This document shows positions 9,198 to 20,700 of a stretch of DNA of 64,000 nt, piece by piece. This DNA is from a virus. The position numbers were made by a program, and so were the translations under genes. Location: IMG/VR virus record IMGVR_UViG_3300007513_000009; one strand, written 5' to 3'. Below the pieces are notes generated by a model. The model was not told the origin of the DNA. It was given only the letters and a program-made list of their open reading frames with translations, and did not search any database. The number at the start of each line of letters is the position of its first letter. Position 1 is the stretch's first letter.

Positions 9198-11459
9198 ATG
9201 GCTGAAAAAATTGTAAGTCCTGGTGTTTATACTAATGAGATAGACCAGAGTTTTTTACCCGCAGCGCTTGGTCCTATTGGGGCGGCTATTGTTGGTCCAA
9301 CTGTAAAGGGGCCGGTATTAACACCTACCGTAGTTAGTTCATATTCGGAATATGTTCAGACTTTTGGAGAGGCTATAATAAGTGGGTCTGATTCTTATCA
9401 GTATTTAACATCACATACTGCTAAAGAATATTTAAAACAGGGTGGACCCTGTACAATAGTTAGGGTAAGTAAACCAAATACAAATAGAGCAACTGCTGTT
9501 GTTGGTGGGGCCGTAACGGGTGGTGTTACTGCAGTAAAATCGTCAAATACTATTACCTTTAGTGCTACTCATCCTGTTACCACTTCCACAGTTACATTTA
9601 AAGTTGGTGGCGCTACAGCACAAGGAATAAAATTTATAGATGGTGCGGGAACAAATGAGTTAACATTTACCGGTAATGAAGCTGATGTTTATGTTGATAA
9701 TTTTCTTGATGAGAATTTCGCTGAATCTATTGCTGAACATATAACTGGATTAGTAAATAGTATAAGTGATATGACTGCAACTAATGATGGTGGTGTAATT
9801 ACAGTAGAAGCTGATGCTGCTACTACTGGTAATGATATAGTAATAGCAGGTACTGGTACACATAACACAACGATTGGAACTGCAACTGCTGGTGTAACTG
9901 GTGTTGCTGGAACTGATACTTCATTCTTCACCTTAGAGGCTTTGGGTGATGGTCCTGCATTTAATAATACTGGTTCTATTGGTGCTACAAATAATATTTT
10001 AACACAATTGACGAGTTCTGCTGCTACAAACGATCATTGGACTTCCGGAAGTTTTGGTGGAAGAGCTACTAATTATCGTTGGGAAATATCTCAAAGAAAT
10101 ACAAATAAAGGTACATTTACATTATTAATTCGTGCAGGTAATGATTCTCACAATTCTAAACAAGTAATTGAAACATATACTAATTTGTCACTTGATAATG
10201 AAAGTCCAGATTACATTTTAAAAAGAATTGGTAATTATAAAGAAGAACTTTATGCTGAAGATGGTGTGGTTTATCTTAGAGATGAGGCTGATTCTGAATT
10301 TCCAAATAAATCTAAGTATGTTAGAGTTAAAGCTCTTAATGTAAAAACACCAAATTATTTAGATAATGCTGGAAATATAACACAAGAATATTCAGATAAT
10401 CCAAGTAGTTTTCTTCCGGCATTGGGAAGTGGAAGTTATGATGGTGCTTTTGGTGATGTAAAAGGTGGTACTAAACAAACTGCTGGTGATTTTGGAGATT
10501 CTATAGAACATCCATTTAAATTTTATGATAATATAACTAATACTAATGTACAAGGTGTGAAGATGGTTGATTCAGCTGTTAAACCATCTGGTGCTTCTGT
10601 TGGTGGTGGATATGGTGCTGCTATTAGTTTATTGAAAAATAAAGATCAGTATGATTTTAATTTATTATTTTTACCTGGAATAATCGATCAATTGGGTGCT
10701 CATCATAATGGAATTATAGGTGATGCTATTCAACTTTGTGAAGATAGAGGTGATTGTTTCTTAGTTTATGACAACACTTCAAAAACATCTACTGTAGCTA
10801 CTGCTAAAACAAATACAGAGGCTCGTAATTCAAGTTACGCTGCTACATACTTTCCTTGGGTACAGATTCAAGATGCATCTTTAGGTGTTTATCGATATGT
10901 TCCGCCTTCAGTTGTTATGGCTGGTGTTTATCATTTTAATGATGTGATTGGACAACCTTGGTTCGCTCCTGCTGGATTGAATAGAGGTGGTATTGATAGT
11001 GCAGTTCAGGCATATAAGAAATTAAGTCAAAGTCAACGAGATGACTTGTATGACTCAAATATGAATCCGATTGCTACATTTCCAGGACAAGGTGTTACGG
11101 CTTTTGGACAAAAGACAACACAGAAGAAAGCAAGTGCTTTGGATCGAGTAAATGTTCGTAGATTATTGATTGATGTTAAGAAATTTGTTGCTAGATCTTC
11201 AAAATCATTGGTATTTGAACAAAATACAACAGATTTAAGGAATCAATTTTTGAATGTTGTTAATCCGTATATGGAACAAGTACAGGCAAATAGTGGATTA
11301 AATGCTTTCAGAGTTATTATGGACGATACAAATAATACACCAGATACTATTGATAGAAATATGTTGATTGGGCAGATATTCTTACAACCAACAAAAACTG
11401 CTGAGTTTATTGTGCTGGATTTCGTTGTACAACCAACTGGTGCAGAATTTCCAGAGTAA
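9198..11459 (+). CDS. Contractile tail sheath protein (gp18-like)
   Basis: SPGVYTNEID N-terminus, WFAPAGLNRG, GQKT, DRVNVRRLL, VFEQN, PTKTAEFI. Confidence 0.95.
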   Translation: MAEKIVSPGVYTNEIDQSFLPAALGPIGAAIVGPTVKGPVLTPTVVSSYSEYVQTFGEAIISGSDSYQYLTSHTAKEYLKQGGPCTIVRVSKPNTNRATAVVGGAVTGGVTAVKSSNTITFSATHPVTTSTVTFKVGGATAQGIKFIDGAGTNELTFTGNEADVYVDNFLDENFAESIAEHITGLVNSISDMTATNDGGVITVEADAATTGNDIVIAGTGTHNTTIGTATAGVTGVAGTDTSFFTLEALGDGPAFNNTGSIGATNNILTQLTSSAATNDHWTSGSFGGRATNYRWEISQRNTNKGTFTLLIRAGNDSHNSKQVIETYTNLSLDNESPDYILKRIGNYKEELYAEDGVVYLRDEADSEFPNKSKYVRVKALNVKTPNYLDNAGNITQEYSDNPSSFLPALGSGSYDGAFGDVKGGTKQTAGDFGDSIEHPFKFYDNITNTNVQGVKMVDSAVKPSGASVGGGYGAAISLLKNKDQYDFNLLFLPGIIDQLGAHHNGIIGDAIQLCEDRGDCFLVYDNTSKTSTVATAKTNTEARNSSYAATYFPWVQIQDASLGVYRYVPPSVVMAGVYHFNDVIGQPWFAPAGLNRGGIDSAVQAYKKLSQSQRDDLYDSNMNPIATFPGQGVTAFGQKTTQKKASALDRVNVRRLLIDVKKFVARSSKSLVFEQNTTDLRNQFLNVVNPYMEQVQANSGLNAFRVIMDDTNNTPDTIDRNMLIGQIFLQPTKTAEFIVLDFVVQPTGAEFPE

Positions 11460-11501
11460 AAAATTAGAAATTTGATATTTATTATTATATGGAGAAATTA
11501 A

Positions 11502-11993
11502 GTGGCTAACACATTATTAGAAGCGAGTAAAGTATTTTACACACCATATGAACCGAAGCTAAAAAATCGGTTTATCATGGAAATAGGTGGAATCCCCGCT
11601 TTTATGGTAAAAACGACTCAAAGACCTCAGATTACTTTTGACGAAGTACCTTTGGAACACATGAATATTACTAAGTATGTTAAAGGTAAAGGTCGTTGGC
11701 AAACTCTACAGATTACGATGTATGATCCAATTGTTCCATCGGCTTCTGCTGCAGTAATTGAATGGGTTAGATTACATCATGAATCTGCTACTGGTCGTGA
11801 TGGATATCAAGATTTTTATAAGAAGAATATTACAATGCAAGTATTAGGACCTGTTGGTGACATTGTAGAGAAATGGACACTTTATGGTTCTTGGATTCAA
11901 GATGCTACATTTGGGGATTTAGACTTTTCCGCATCTGAAGCAGTTGAAATTACACTAACACTGCGTTATGATTACGCAATACTGGAATTCTAA
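11502..11993 (+). CDS. Tail tube protein (gp19-like)
   Basis: Follows the sheath gene; EPKLKNRF, KGKGRW, W.L.G.W, LRYDYA pattern; GGAG RBS and GTG start. Confidence 0.85.
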   Translation: MANTLLEASKVFYTPYEPKLKNRFIMEIGGIPAFMVKTTQRPQITFDEVPLEHMNITKYVKGKGRWQTLQITMYDPIVPSASAAVIEWVRLHHESATGRDGYQDFYKKNITMQVLGPVGDIVEKWTLYGSWIQDATFGDLDFSASEAVEITLTLRYDYAILEF

Positions 11994-12158
11994 ATGGTTG
12001 AATGGCTATCAGAAAATTGGGAATGGTGTCTGCTTGGTTTTTATACGTTAGAAAAGATTGTTAAATTATCGCCTTCAAAGCAAGATGATATTATCTTTGA
12101 TACTATAATTACACCAATTTGGCAGGCTGTTGTCTCAATGGTATCGAAAAAGAAATAG
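11994..12158 (+). CDS. 54 aa hydrophobic/amphipathic protein, not in the ORF track
   Basis: MVEWLSENWEWCLLGFYTLEKIVKLSPSKQDDIIFDTIITPIWQAVVSMVSKKK; ATG abuts the tube gene stop. Confidence 0.6.
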   Translation: MVEWLSENWEWCLLGFYTLEKIVKLSPSKQDDIIFDTIITPIWQAVVSMVSKKK

Positions 12159-12187
12159 TTTATTAAGTAAACAAGAGGTTAAAGGTT

Positions 12188-12940
12188 ATGACAGAGAATA
12201 AATTTCCTACTGAAATAATAGATTTACCATCACAAGGCAAGGTGTATTCAAAAGACTCACCAGTAGCCAATGGAAAATTGGAATTAAAATATATGACCAC
12301 ACGAGAAGAAGACATATTGATGTCTGAAAATCTCATTAAGAAGGGTGTAGTTATTGATAAGTTATTAGATAGTTTAATTGTTACTAAAGGAGTTAGTCAA
12401 AAAGATTTAGTTTTGGGTGATAAGAATGCTGTATTGGTTGCAGCCCGTATATTGGCTTATGGACCAGAATATATAGTAGAAATAGGAAATCCAAATGATG
12501 TTGATGAAAAAATAGAATATACATTTGATTTATCTAAATGTCCATTTAAAGAATTATCTGAAAATGTTGATTATTCAAATAATTCATTTGAATATACTAC
12601 ACCAGTAGGAAAAACAGATATTAAATTTAGATTGTTGACTGGTAAAGAAGAGGGCATGATTTTAAAAGATTTAGAACAATCTAAAAAAGTTGGATATAGC
12701 ACAGATATATCTACTAGATTAAGATATACAATTACAGAAGTTGATGGAGATTCAAAACAAGAAACTATTAATGAATTTTCACAGAATATGTTGGCTAGAG
12801 ATTCGGCCGCATTTAGAAATTATATTAGTGATATATCACCCGATATTGATTTGACATCGGAAGTCGAAATGGGAGGTCAAACAGTTAGCGTGTCAATTCC
12901 GCTGACTGTAGAGTTTTTTTGGCCAAAGTCCATCCGATAA
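12188..12940 (+). CDS. Tail/baseplate assembly chaperone (T4 gp26-like)
   Basis: IDLPSQG, MTTREEDIL, D...L.AARILAYG motifs; between tube and tape measure genes; ends EFFWP. Confidence 0.75.
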   Translation: MTENKFPTEIIDLPSQGKVYSKDSPVANGKLELKYMTTREEDILMSENLIKKGVVIDKLLDSLIVTKGVSQKDLVLGDKNAVLVAARILAYGPEYIVEIGNPNDVDEKIEYTFDLSKCPFKELSENVDYSNNSFEYTTPVGKTDIKFRLLTGKEEGMILKDLEQSKKVGYSTDISTRLRYTITEVDGDSKQETINEFSQNMLARDSAAFRNYISDISPDIDLTSEVEMGGQTVSVSIPLTVEFFWPKSIR

Positions 12941-13145
12941 ATTAAATTTACATAAAAACCTTTTTTACTTTATACATTCCAATCCTGGCTTTACATATAA
13001 TGATTTATATAGTATGCCAGTCCATTTGAGAAATTTTTATTTCAAAGAACATACTGAATTTGTTAAAAAACAGAATGATGAAATAAAAAAATCTAATCAA
13101 AAAGAACAACCTACTATTCCACGGCGATTCAATCCAAAGAAATAA
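12912..13145 (+). CDS. Start-less +1-frame extension of the chaperone (gp51-like / G-GT type frameshift product)
   Basis: +1 frame opens after TAG 12909-12911, just before the T7 run 12914-12920, and reads GQSPSDKLNLHKNLFYFIHSNPGFTYNDLYSMPVHLRNFYF... to TAA 13143-13145. Confidence 0.6.
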   Translation, partial: SFFGQSPSDKLNLHKNLFYFIHSNPGFTYNDLYSMPVHLRNFYFKEHTEFVKKQNDEIKKSNQKEQPTIPRRFNPKK

Positions 13146-13186
13146 TCCTTTTTGAATATTTATTAATATATTAAGGAATCAAATTA

Positions 13187-15427
13187 ATGGCTAATGAATC
13201 ACAAAAAGAATTAAAAAAATTACTTAGAGAGATTCAAGACGATCAGTTAAAAATTACAGAAAATCAAGCACGCTATAATAATCAAGGTAAATTGGGTGTA
13301 GAGGCTTCAAAGGAATTAGTTAAATTAAAGAAAAGAGAAGCAGATTTAGAAGATTATATTGCTAGTGTAAAAGAAAAGCAGGCGGCTACATCTGATGATA
13401 TAGGGTTATCATTAGTTCAACAATTTAAAACTGCTAAACTTATTGCTGGGGCAGATAAAGCTCGAACAAATTTACTGAAAAAACAACAAACATCATTAGG
13501 TGATATAGCAGCTCAATTAGTAAAAGGAAATGTTGCTGAATCATTAGCTTTACTTACTGGAAGAAAGGTATTACAAGCCACCAAAGAAAGAGTTGATTTG
13601 CATGACGATTTACAGGCTGGTCGAAAAGAAATGGCAGGTTTTGATCAATTGAGTGGTGTACAACAATTAAAGCTGAGGGAATTGTTGAAGGGTGTGAATG
13701 ATGGTTTGTATCAAAAAGCGGATATTCAGGCTCAAATTAATGAAATTGAAGATGAGAACGGAAGAAAGATTGAAGGTCTTGGTCAGGCACATTTTGATCT
13801 GCTTGAAGCGGTTGAAAAGGAAGCACTTGCTCAAAGCGAAGTGACGGAGAAGATGTTGGCCTTCAATAAAGCATTAGGGCTAGCAACTTTAGGTTTTGCA
13901 CCAATAATTGCAATGCTTATTTCTTTTAGTGGTACAGTAGATGAAATTGGAAAGAAATTTGGTAGTTTAGTTGGATATAGTGATAATTTTAAAGATAATT
14001 TATTAGAATCGCAAGTAGAAGTAAGTAAAATTGGTGGTAGTATAGAGGATGTTGCTTCTATAACAAGTACATTGGCTTCAGATTTTGGAGTTACTTTGCA
14101 TGAGGCTTCCAAATTATCTGCTACAATATTTGATACAAGTAAAGCAATCGGCTTATCAACTGATGAGGCTGCAAAGTTAATCGGTAATTTCATGCAACTT
14201 AGTAATCTCACTTCAGATGAAGCAGAATATTTGGCAGAGAGTACTTTTCAATTAGCTAGACAAAGTGGAGTTGCTCCATCTGTTGTAATGCAAGATATAG
14301 CTGGTTCTACCGAAGCTATTGCTAAGTTTACAAAGGATGGTGGTAATAATATTGCTGAAGCTGCTGTGCAGGCTAGAAGGATGGGATTATCATTAGATAC
14401 TGCTGCAAAAATTGCTGAAGGTTTATTGGATTTCGAAAGTTCTGTAGCTGCTGAAGTGGAAGCTTCGGTATTGTTGGGTAGGGAATTAAATTATCAAAAA
14501 GCTAGGGAATTGGCACTTAGTAATGATATTGCTGGTGCTACTAGAGAAATAGTAAGCCAATTGGGTTCAGAGGAAGAATTTAATAATTTAAATTTAATAC
14601 AAAGAGAAGCATTGGCTAAGTCTATTGGAGTTAGTTCCGCAGAGTTAGCTAAGATGGTTGATCAAACAGAGAAGTTGACATTAGCTGGTGCTTTAGCTAC
14701 AAATAGTTTTGGAGATTTATTAGGAGAGGAAGGACTTTCTAATTTAGCCGTTTTGACTGGTCAAATAAAATCACTTGGTGTTGAACTTACAAATACATTT
14801 GGTCCTATTTTAAATAGTATTATTCCAATAGTGACATCAGTATTTGGTGTGTTTAATGATTTAGTGGGTGCTTTAGATGAAATGGGTTGGTTGTTACCAA
14901 TGGTGGGTGCTGCTCTCGGATTTTTGGCTGGAAAGTTAATCATAGCTGCTAAAGCCGCTTTTACAGAGGCTTATGTGAAAGGAGTAGGATCACTAATTGC
15001 TGCACTCAAACATCCAGCACTCTGGATCCCTGCTATAATCGGTTTTGGTGGTATGATGGCAGCACAAGCAGCGAAGGCAAAATCTTTTCATAACTTGGGT
15101 GAGACATCTTATGCTCAAGCAGTTTCCCCAACTGCTAATGTTGATATAGAAGGTGGTTCAGCAGATCCTGAAATTATTATGAAAGAAAAATCATTATTAA
15201 GTATTGCAGATGATAATGTTGAACCAACTTTAGCTCCAAACTTTGGAAGAGAGAGTGCTATGCAAAAGTCATTTGGATTAACAAAATCCGAATTTGCTGA
15301 CGTTTTTGACAATAGTTTGCTTAAATTTGCTGGAGCCTTTGAACTTAAAAATGAAATATCACATGACAATACACAAATATCTATAACTAATAAACTTGCA
15401 CATGGTACACCGAGGAATTTAGTATAA
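13187..15427 (+). CDS. Tape measure protein
   Basis: Long A/L/G-rich helical protein after the chaperone, hydrophobic segments near the C-terminus. Confidence 0.8.
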   Translation: MANESQKELKKLLREIQDDQLKITENQARYNNQGKLGVEASKELVKLKKREADLEDYIASVKEKQAATSDDIGLSLVQQFKTAKLIAGADKARTNLLKKQQTSLGDIAAQLVKGNVAESLALLTGRKVLQATKERVDLHDDLQAGRKEMAGFDQLSGVQQLKLRELLKGVNDGLYQKADIQAQINEIEDENGRKIEGLGQAHFDLLEAVEKEALAQSEVTEKMLAFNKALGLATLGFAPIIAMLISFSGTVDEIGKKFGSLVGYSDNFKDNLLESQVEVSKIGGSIEDVASITSTLASDFGVTLHEASKLSATIFDTSKAIGLSTDEAAKLIGNFMQLSNLTSDEAEYLAESTFQLARQSGVAPSVVMQDIAGSTEAIAKFTKDGGNNIAEAAVQARRMGLSLDTAAKIAEGLLDFESSVAAEVEASVLLGRELNYQKARELALSNDIAGATREIVSQLGSEEEFNNLNLIQREALAKSIGVSSAELAKMVDQTEKLTLAGALATNSFGDLLGEEGLSNLAVLTGQIKSLGVELTNTFGPILNSIIPIVTSVFGVFNDLVGALDEMGWLLPMVGAALGFLAGKLIIAAKAAFTEAYVKGVGSLIAALKHPALWIPAIIGFGGMMAAQAAKAKSFHNLGETSYAQAVSPTANVDIEGGSADPEIIMKEKSLLSIADDNVEPTLAPNFGRESAMQKSFGLTKSEFADVFDNSLLKFAGAFELKNEISHDNTQISITNKLAHGTPRNLV

Positions 15428-17538
15428 TGCCAGGATTAGAAAATTTAACATCAGTATTTAGTGACTTAAGCAAAAATGCTTTAGCTGATAATGAACCACT
15501 TGTAAGTCCTGATATAGGAAATCAATCTGGCTATAGAGATATAAGTAAAAATTATATGGAAAGGGTAACATCGGCAAATACATTGGTGGGTGATTATCAT
15601 GGGGATGTTAATAGTTTTGGAAGATTTTCTCCAAATCCAATAATGGATTCGGTTTTTGCTAATAAATCTATTCAATTAACAACACATCAATCTTTAATAA
15701 AAGATGATGAACATACATTTGGTAGTAAAGGTAAACATGATAAGTTAATTCTAATAAATGAGATTGGAAAGGGGCAAATAGATAGTCCAATAGCTAGAGA
15801 TGTATTAGATGGTGAATTTACTACTTTGGCTAGAAGAAGTATTGATGTTAGACATAAACCTAATATATTCGGAGAAACAGATTTAAAACTTTATGGCGAA
15901 CATTCTGGGAAGATGATTGATCCTGATATTAGGAAAGTAGAAGTAAGTACTGAGTTAGGAAAGAACAACCGATTGGGTGAAGGTGATTTTGTTTTCGATA
16001 CTCTTTATAATAGAAATCAAACAGCAAAAACTGATAGAATATTAATAGATACTGGCAGAACAACTGGGGATGGTAAAAAGGTTACTATAAATACTATGGC
16101 GTGGAGTATAGGTCAAGCGTGGAGTAATATGGATATAAGAAGTACTCCAGATGGTGTGAGAGGAAATGAACCTTATGTTGTTAACGATATAGGTTCGGTA
16201 GAACAAGGAACAATAAGATCAGGAGATAATAGAGATTTATTACCATTTAATCAGTCAAAAGAAGATTGGTCAAGATTATCTAAGTTTTATTTCGATACAC
16301 CTATCGGCACTTCCTTTATGGTAAAAGAAAATGTTACAGGTGCTATGTTTTCATCTATGTTCACTATATCACCAACAAAAATTTGGGATGGTTATCCAGG
16401 AAAGATTGATTGGAGTCAACCAATAGCTGTTATTCAAAAATATATTCGTGATACATTTGCTGATCTGCTTGGAAGTTTAGTAAATACATCTAATGTTCGT
16501 TTATTGGCTACTAATATACATTTACCACCATTTCCAATGCCTGGTTGGGGTAATACTGGATTTTTAAATTTTCTTAATTCATCATTTCAAGGTTTAGGTG
16601 GTGGTAGTATAAGAAGACCTGGAACTATAGCATTTCAGTATAGTAATTTGGTTAAATCTGGATTTGAGGATCTTTCTAAAGTTTATCAATTGGGTGTATT
16701 TACTAATCTTATAGATGAATTAAATCCTCTTGCTGGTAAGAAGGTTAGAAAATTTAATCTACCAAAGAGGCAACCTGTAACGGTAAAAGAAGCTATTACG
16801 AATCGTAAAAATTTTACTGCTGTTAAAGATGCGGTTACTCAAAATCCAGCATTGCCATTCTTAAAATTAGTAGCAAATACTGCGGAAGTGAAACCTAAAT
16901 GGTTAAATAAGGAAATCGACTTAATTTCAAATGATAAAATAGCTTCACAGAAACCAACTGGTAGAGAAGAGCTTGATATTGCTAGTAATGATTTTTATGT
17001 AAAGATTAAAGATTTACGAAATAATAAATTACTTTACTTTAGAGGTTATGTGACTGGTTTGACAGAAAATGTTAATCCAACATTCACATCAACTAATTAC
17101 ATTGGTAGAAGTGAGCCTGTATATCTTTATGAAAGAGCCGAAAGAGATTTAAGTTTTAATTTGAGGTTATATCCTAATAATAAAGATGAGTTGCTTGCTA
17201 TGTATGAAAAAATAGAATATTTGACTAGTTTGGCTTATCCTGAATATATGGCAGAAGATAATAATAAAGCTATGATTAGAATGAAAGCTCCATTTACAGA
17301 ACTGCATGTAGCACACATTGGAAGTAGAAACAAAGGTCAATTTGGATTTATAAAAACATTAACCTATACAGTTAGTGAAGCAGGTGATTGGGATGCTGAT
17401 ACTAATTTAGCTAAATTAATTGATGTGTCTATTAGTTATCAGATATTGAATCAAAAACCGCCAGGACTTAATAGGGATAAGTTCTATGGTGATAAAAAAT
17501 TAGGTATATTTAGTGGAACGACACGAGCAAACACATAG
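15427..17538 (+). CDS. Baseplate/tail tube initiator-type structural protein
   Basis: C-terminal tube-like domain (FRGYVTGLTE, YIGRSEPVY.Y..AER.LSF); follows tape measure. Confidence 0.55.
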   Translation: MPGLENLTSVFSDLSKNALADNEPLVSPDIGNQSGYRDISKNYMERVTSANTLVGDYHGDVNSFGRFSPNPIMDSVFANKSIQLTTHQSLIKDDEHTFGSKGKHDKLILINEIGKGQIDSPIARDVLDGEFTTLARRSIDVRHKPNIFGETDLKLYGEHSGKMIDPDIRKVEVSTELGKNNRLGEGDFVFDTLYNRNQTAKTDRILIDTGRTTGDGKKVTINTMAWSIGQAWSNMDIRSTPDGVRGNEPYVVNDIGSVEQGTIRSGDNRDLLPFNQSKEDWSRLSKFYFDTPIGTSFMVKENVTGAMFSSMFTISPTKIWDGYPGKIDWSQPIAVIQKYIRDTFADLLGSLVNTSNVRLLATNIHLPPFPMPGWGNTGFLNFLNSSFQGLGGGSIRRPGTIAFQYSNLVKSGFEDLSKVYQLGVFTNLIDELNPLAGKKVRKFNLPKRQPVTVKEAITNRKNFTAVKDAVTQNPALPFLKLVANTAEVKPKWLNKEIDLISNDKIASQKPTGREELDIASNDFYVKIKDLRNNKLLYFRGYVTGLTENVNPTFTSTNYIGRSEPVYLYERAERDLSFNLRLYPNNKDELLAMYEKIEYLTSLAYPEYMAEDNNKAMIRMKAPFTELHVAHIGSRNKGQFGFIKTLTYTVSEAGDWDADTNLAKLIDVSISYQILNQKPPGLNRDKFYGDKKLGIFSGTTRANT

Positions 17539-17794
17539 AATAAAAATAAAAGATGAAAAACGCGTAGGTTTAGCGTTAACTACATCTTATTTGCCAGAAG
17601 TAGAAGAAGATAATTCGGATTTATTATTAATAGCTACTCAAGGAGATAGATGTGATATGTTAGCACAACAATATTATGAGGATTCTTCTTTGTGGTGGTT
17701 TATTGCAACTGTTAATAATTTAAAAGGTAATAACATAGAAGCTGGAACACAATTAAGAATACCTATATCTACAGAACAAGCAAAATTGAAGTAA
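17513..17794 (+). CDS. LysM-like baseplate wedge protein (gp53/gpX-like)
   Basis: GDRCDMLAQQYYEDSSLWWFIATVN...GTQLRIP. Confidence 0.75.
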   Translation: MERHEQTHRIKIKDEKRVGLALTTSYLPEVEEDNSDLLLIATQGDRCDMLAQQYYEDSSLWWFIATVNNLKGNNIEAGTQLRIPISTEQAKLK

Positions 17795-17795
17795 A

Positions 17796-20700
17796 ATGTC
17801 CGAAAATGTAGAGAAAAGAATATTTGGAGGAAATCCATCTCCTAGTATTTTAAAAAAGTTAAATTTATTACAAAAACAAACTGGATCTTTTTCTACGAAA
17901 AAAGATAAAGATTTTTTATCTTCTAGAGATCCAGTATTTGATGATTATCTTGGTGGAAAAACGCCATTTGCTAGAATGTGGACAGCAACTGCTATGGTTC
18001 CATCAGGTTCTCATATAACTGGTTCCGATACTGTTAAGGTTTTTCATTCGGTAAATGAAAATAGGAATTTTTCTTATAAAGAAACACCATCACCATCTGA
18101 ATCAGTAAACGGTAGTTACAGAGTACAAAATGAAAAAAATCCATATTTTAAACCTACTTCTGGAATAACTTCTATTTCTTCAAAATCTGAAGGGGCATTG
18201 GGTGCATTAAGAACAACTAGTGTTGAATTTGAGGTTCATAATAAGAGAGATTTTGAAACAATATTTTTGCCTTTCTTTTTGAGGCCTGGGGCTTTGATTT
18301 GTGTTGATTTTGGGTGGAGTTCTGGTAATTTTAAATTATATGATCCACAAGCAATAATAAAAGATAATATGACAATGGAATCTTTTGATATGAAGATTCA
18401 ACAGAAAGTTAGAGATAATTTGGGTGACTTAGAAGTTGTTATTGGGATTGTTAGGAAGTATGATGCTAGTATAACGGAGTTAGGAAGTTTTAAATGTACA
18501 GTAGAAATAGTCTCTAGAAATTATTCATTATTAGATGCTGAGATTTCAGAAGAAAATTCTTTAAAATTTATTTTTGCTAATATGATTGATCAGGTTTTAA
18601 TTAGGATTTTAACTACAAGGGCTGGATTTGAGGAAGAAAATCCATTAATGGAATTTCATAATCTTACTCAAAATCCATTTTCTCATCCTAATTTGAAAGA
18701 AGCTAATAAAAAGTTTTTTGATACTTTAATTGTGGCAAGGGAACAACAATGGGGAAAGTTAACTGCAAATGATTTAATAAGAGGTATTTATTATGCAGAT
18801 GTAACAGATGAAAATGCGTATTTGTGGTTCGATTATTCATCTAATGTAGAAAATGAAGTAGGTGCAGAGGCAGAGGCTTTATATGTTTCATATGGTTTAT
18901 TTGAAGATGTTTTTTTAAATAATTTTGTTAAAAGTGTTTGGACGGTGGATGATGAAGAGGGTGTGACATCAAAATCCGATGGTGAATCATTAACTTATGG
19001 TTTTGATTCTAGAAAATCTAAAATACAATGGAATGAAAATTTATATGAAATACAAAGGCAACCAAAATTTAAAAACGAGGGATTACATGTATTTATGATG
19101 CCAAAAGATTGGACAAAATCTTATAATTCGAAACATCTAACAAAAGAAGAACAAGAAAAAATTTATGCTAACGATTTCAATAATGGGTTGATGCCACTTA
19201 GAGAATTGTTTATAAAGACAGCTTTGATAAGTGAAGCTTTTCAGAAAAAACAAAATGTAAATGATGCATTGGAATATATTTGGGATAAAATAAGTGAAGA
19301 ATCAAAGGGAGCATGGAAAATAAAAATGGCTAGCCCTAAAAAAGAATTAATTACAAAGCAGAATACATCAGGAGATGCATCCGAAGTGAGGTTAGTGGAT
19401 ATTCAGTCACAAATAGGTTTTTATGATATAAATCAATCAATTAAAGAACCAGTAGAACTTGTATTTGATTTAACTAGTGGAAATGGATTTGTAAAGAGTG
19501 CTGATATAAAATTTCAAACCCCAAAGGCAGGTATGGCTAGTATGATAGCAATAAGTAATATGTCTTATGATAAAGTTTTTTTTAAGGAGAGTGCTTATAA
19601 GAAATTAAGTTTGCTTAAACTATTAGATGATAAAAGTCAGGGAAAGAAAATATATTTTAAGAGTTTACCCGATATGGGAAATCCAGATCCTACTATAAAG
19701 GAATATCAAGTTATAGATGTTGATCTGACTGATTTTACCGGTAAAACAAAATCAGTTGATGGGGCGAAAGCAACGGATATATATAATAAAAAGATAGGGG
19801 GCGCCTTAGAAGCATATAATAAAGAAGTTGAAAGAATATTAAAGGATAAGGATGGAGATGGAGAGGTAGATGATAAAGAAAAAAATGCATATAGTACTGC
19901 AAAAGAAATATTTGAAGAAGATAAGATAGTACTTATTGCTAATTCTCCTTCTGAGTATTCTTTGGCACTGGCCGAGAAGGCTAATATGTCATCTTATAGA
20001 TCAAATGATGTGTCTCCTATTTTACCAGTTGAGTTAGAATTAACAACTTATGGAAATAATTTGTTACATATTGGTGATGTATTTGATATTAATTATTTAC
20101 CAGAACATTATAAAAATAAAGTTTATTTTCAAACTATGGGGATTGATCATAAAGTTAGTAGTGCTGGTTGGGAGACAACATATAATTCAATGATGAGACC
20201 TAATCCAGATGAATTGAGTAAAATTAGTGTAGATCCGGAAACTGTTATTATAAAAATGGGTGAACATTATTCCAAAAAACAACAAAGTAATCAACCTAAA
20301 GGGCTTTTGGATGGAATTAGTAGTACTACTAAAATGAATGATCATCGTGGGTTTGAAATTCTAACAAATTTCTATGATGTAAATAGTGAAGATGAATTGG
20401 GGCAATGGGATGATGGAAATCTTTTTCAAAGGTTTAATATACCCAAAAACGGTGCGGGTTTTGCATTAATCTATGCATATCAATTCACTTTATTATCGTC
20501 ACAGTTTACAAAGTGGCCTCATGCACCATTACCTGCTGACTCAATGGGTGATGTGGATGCTTGGGGTGGGCGACGCGCGTATCGAAACCTTCCGCCAAAG
20601 TTCTTTATGGAATCTGTAAGGGGTATTATTGATGATATGGATGAAGCATTACCTCATGTAATAGGATCTTTGAATAAAAATGAACTGATTTTGTATAAAG

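Noticed and set aside
13600-13870. Apparently more GC-rich patch inside the tape measure gene (possible recombined segment)
   Set aside because: Visual impression only; needs a sliding-window composition test and comparison with relatives
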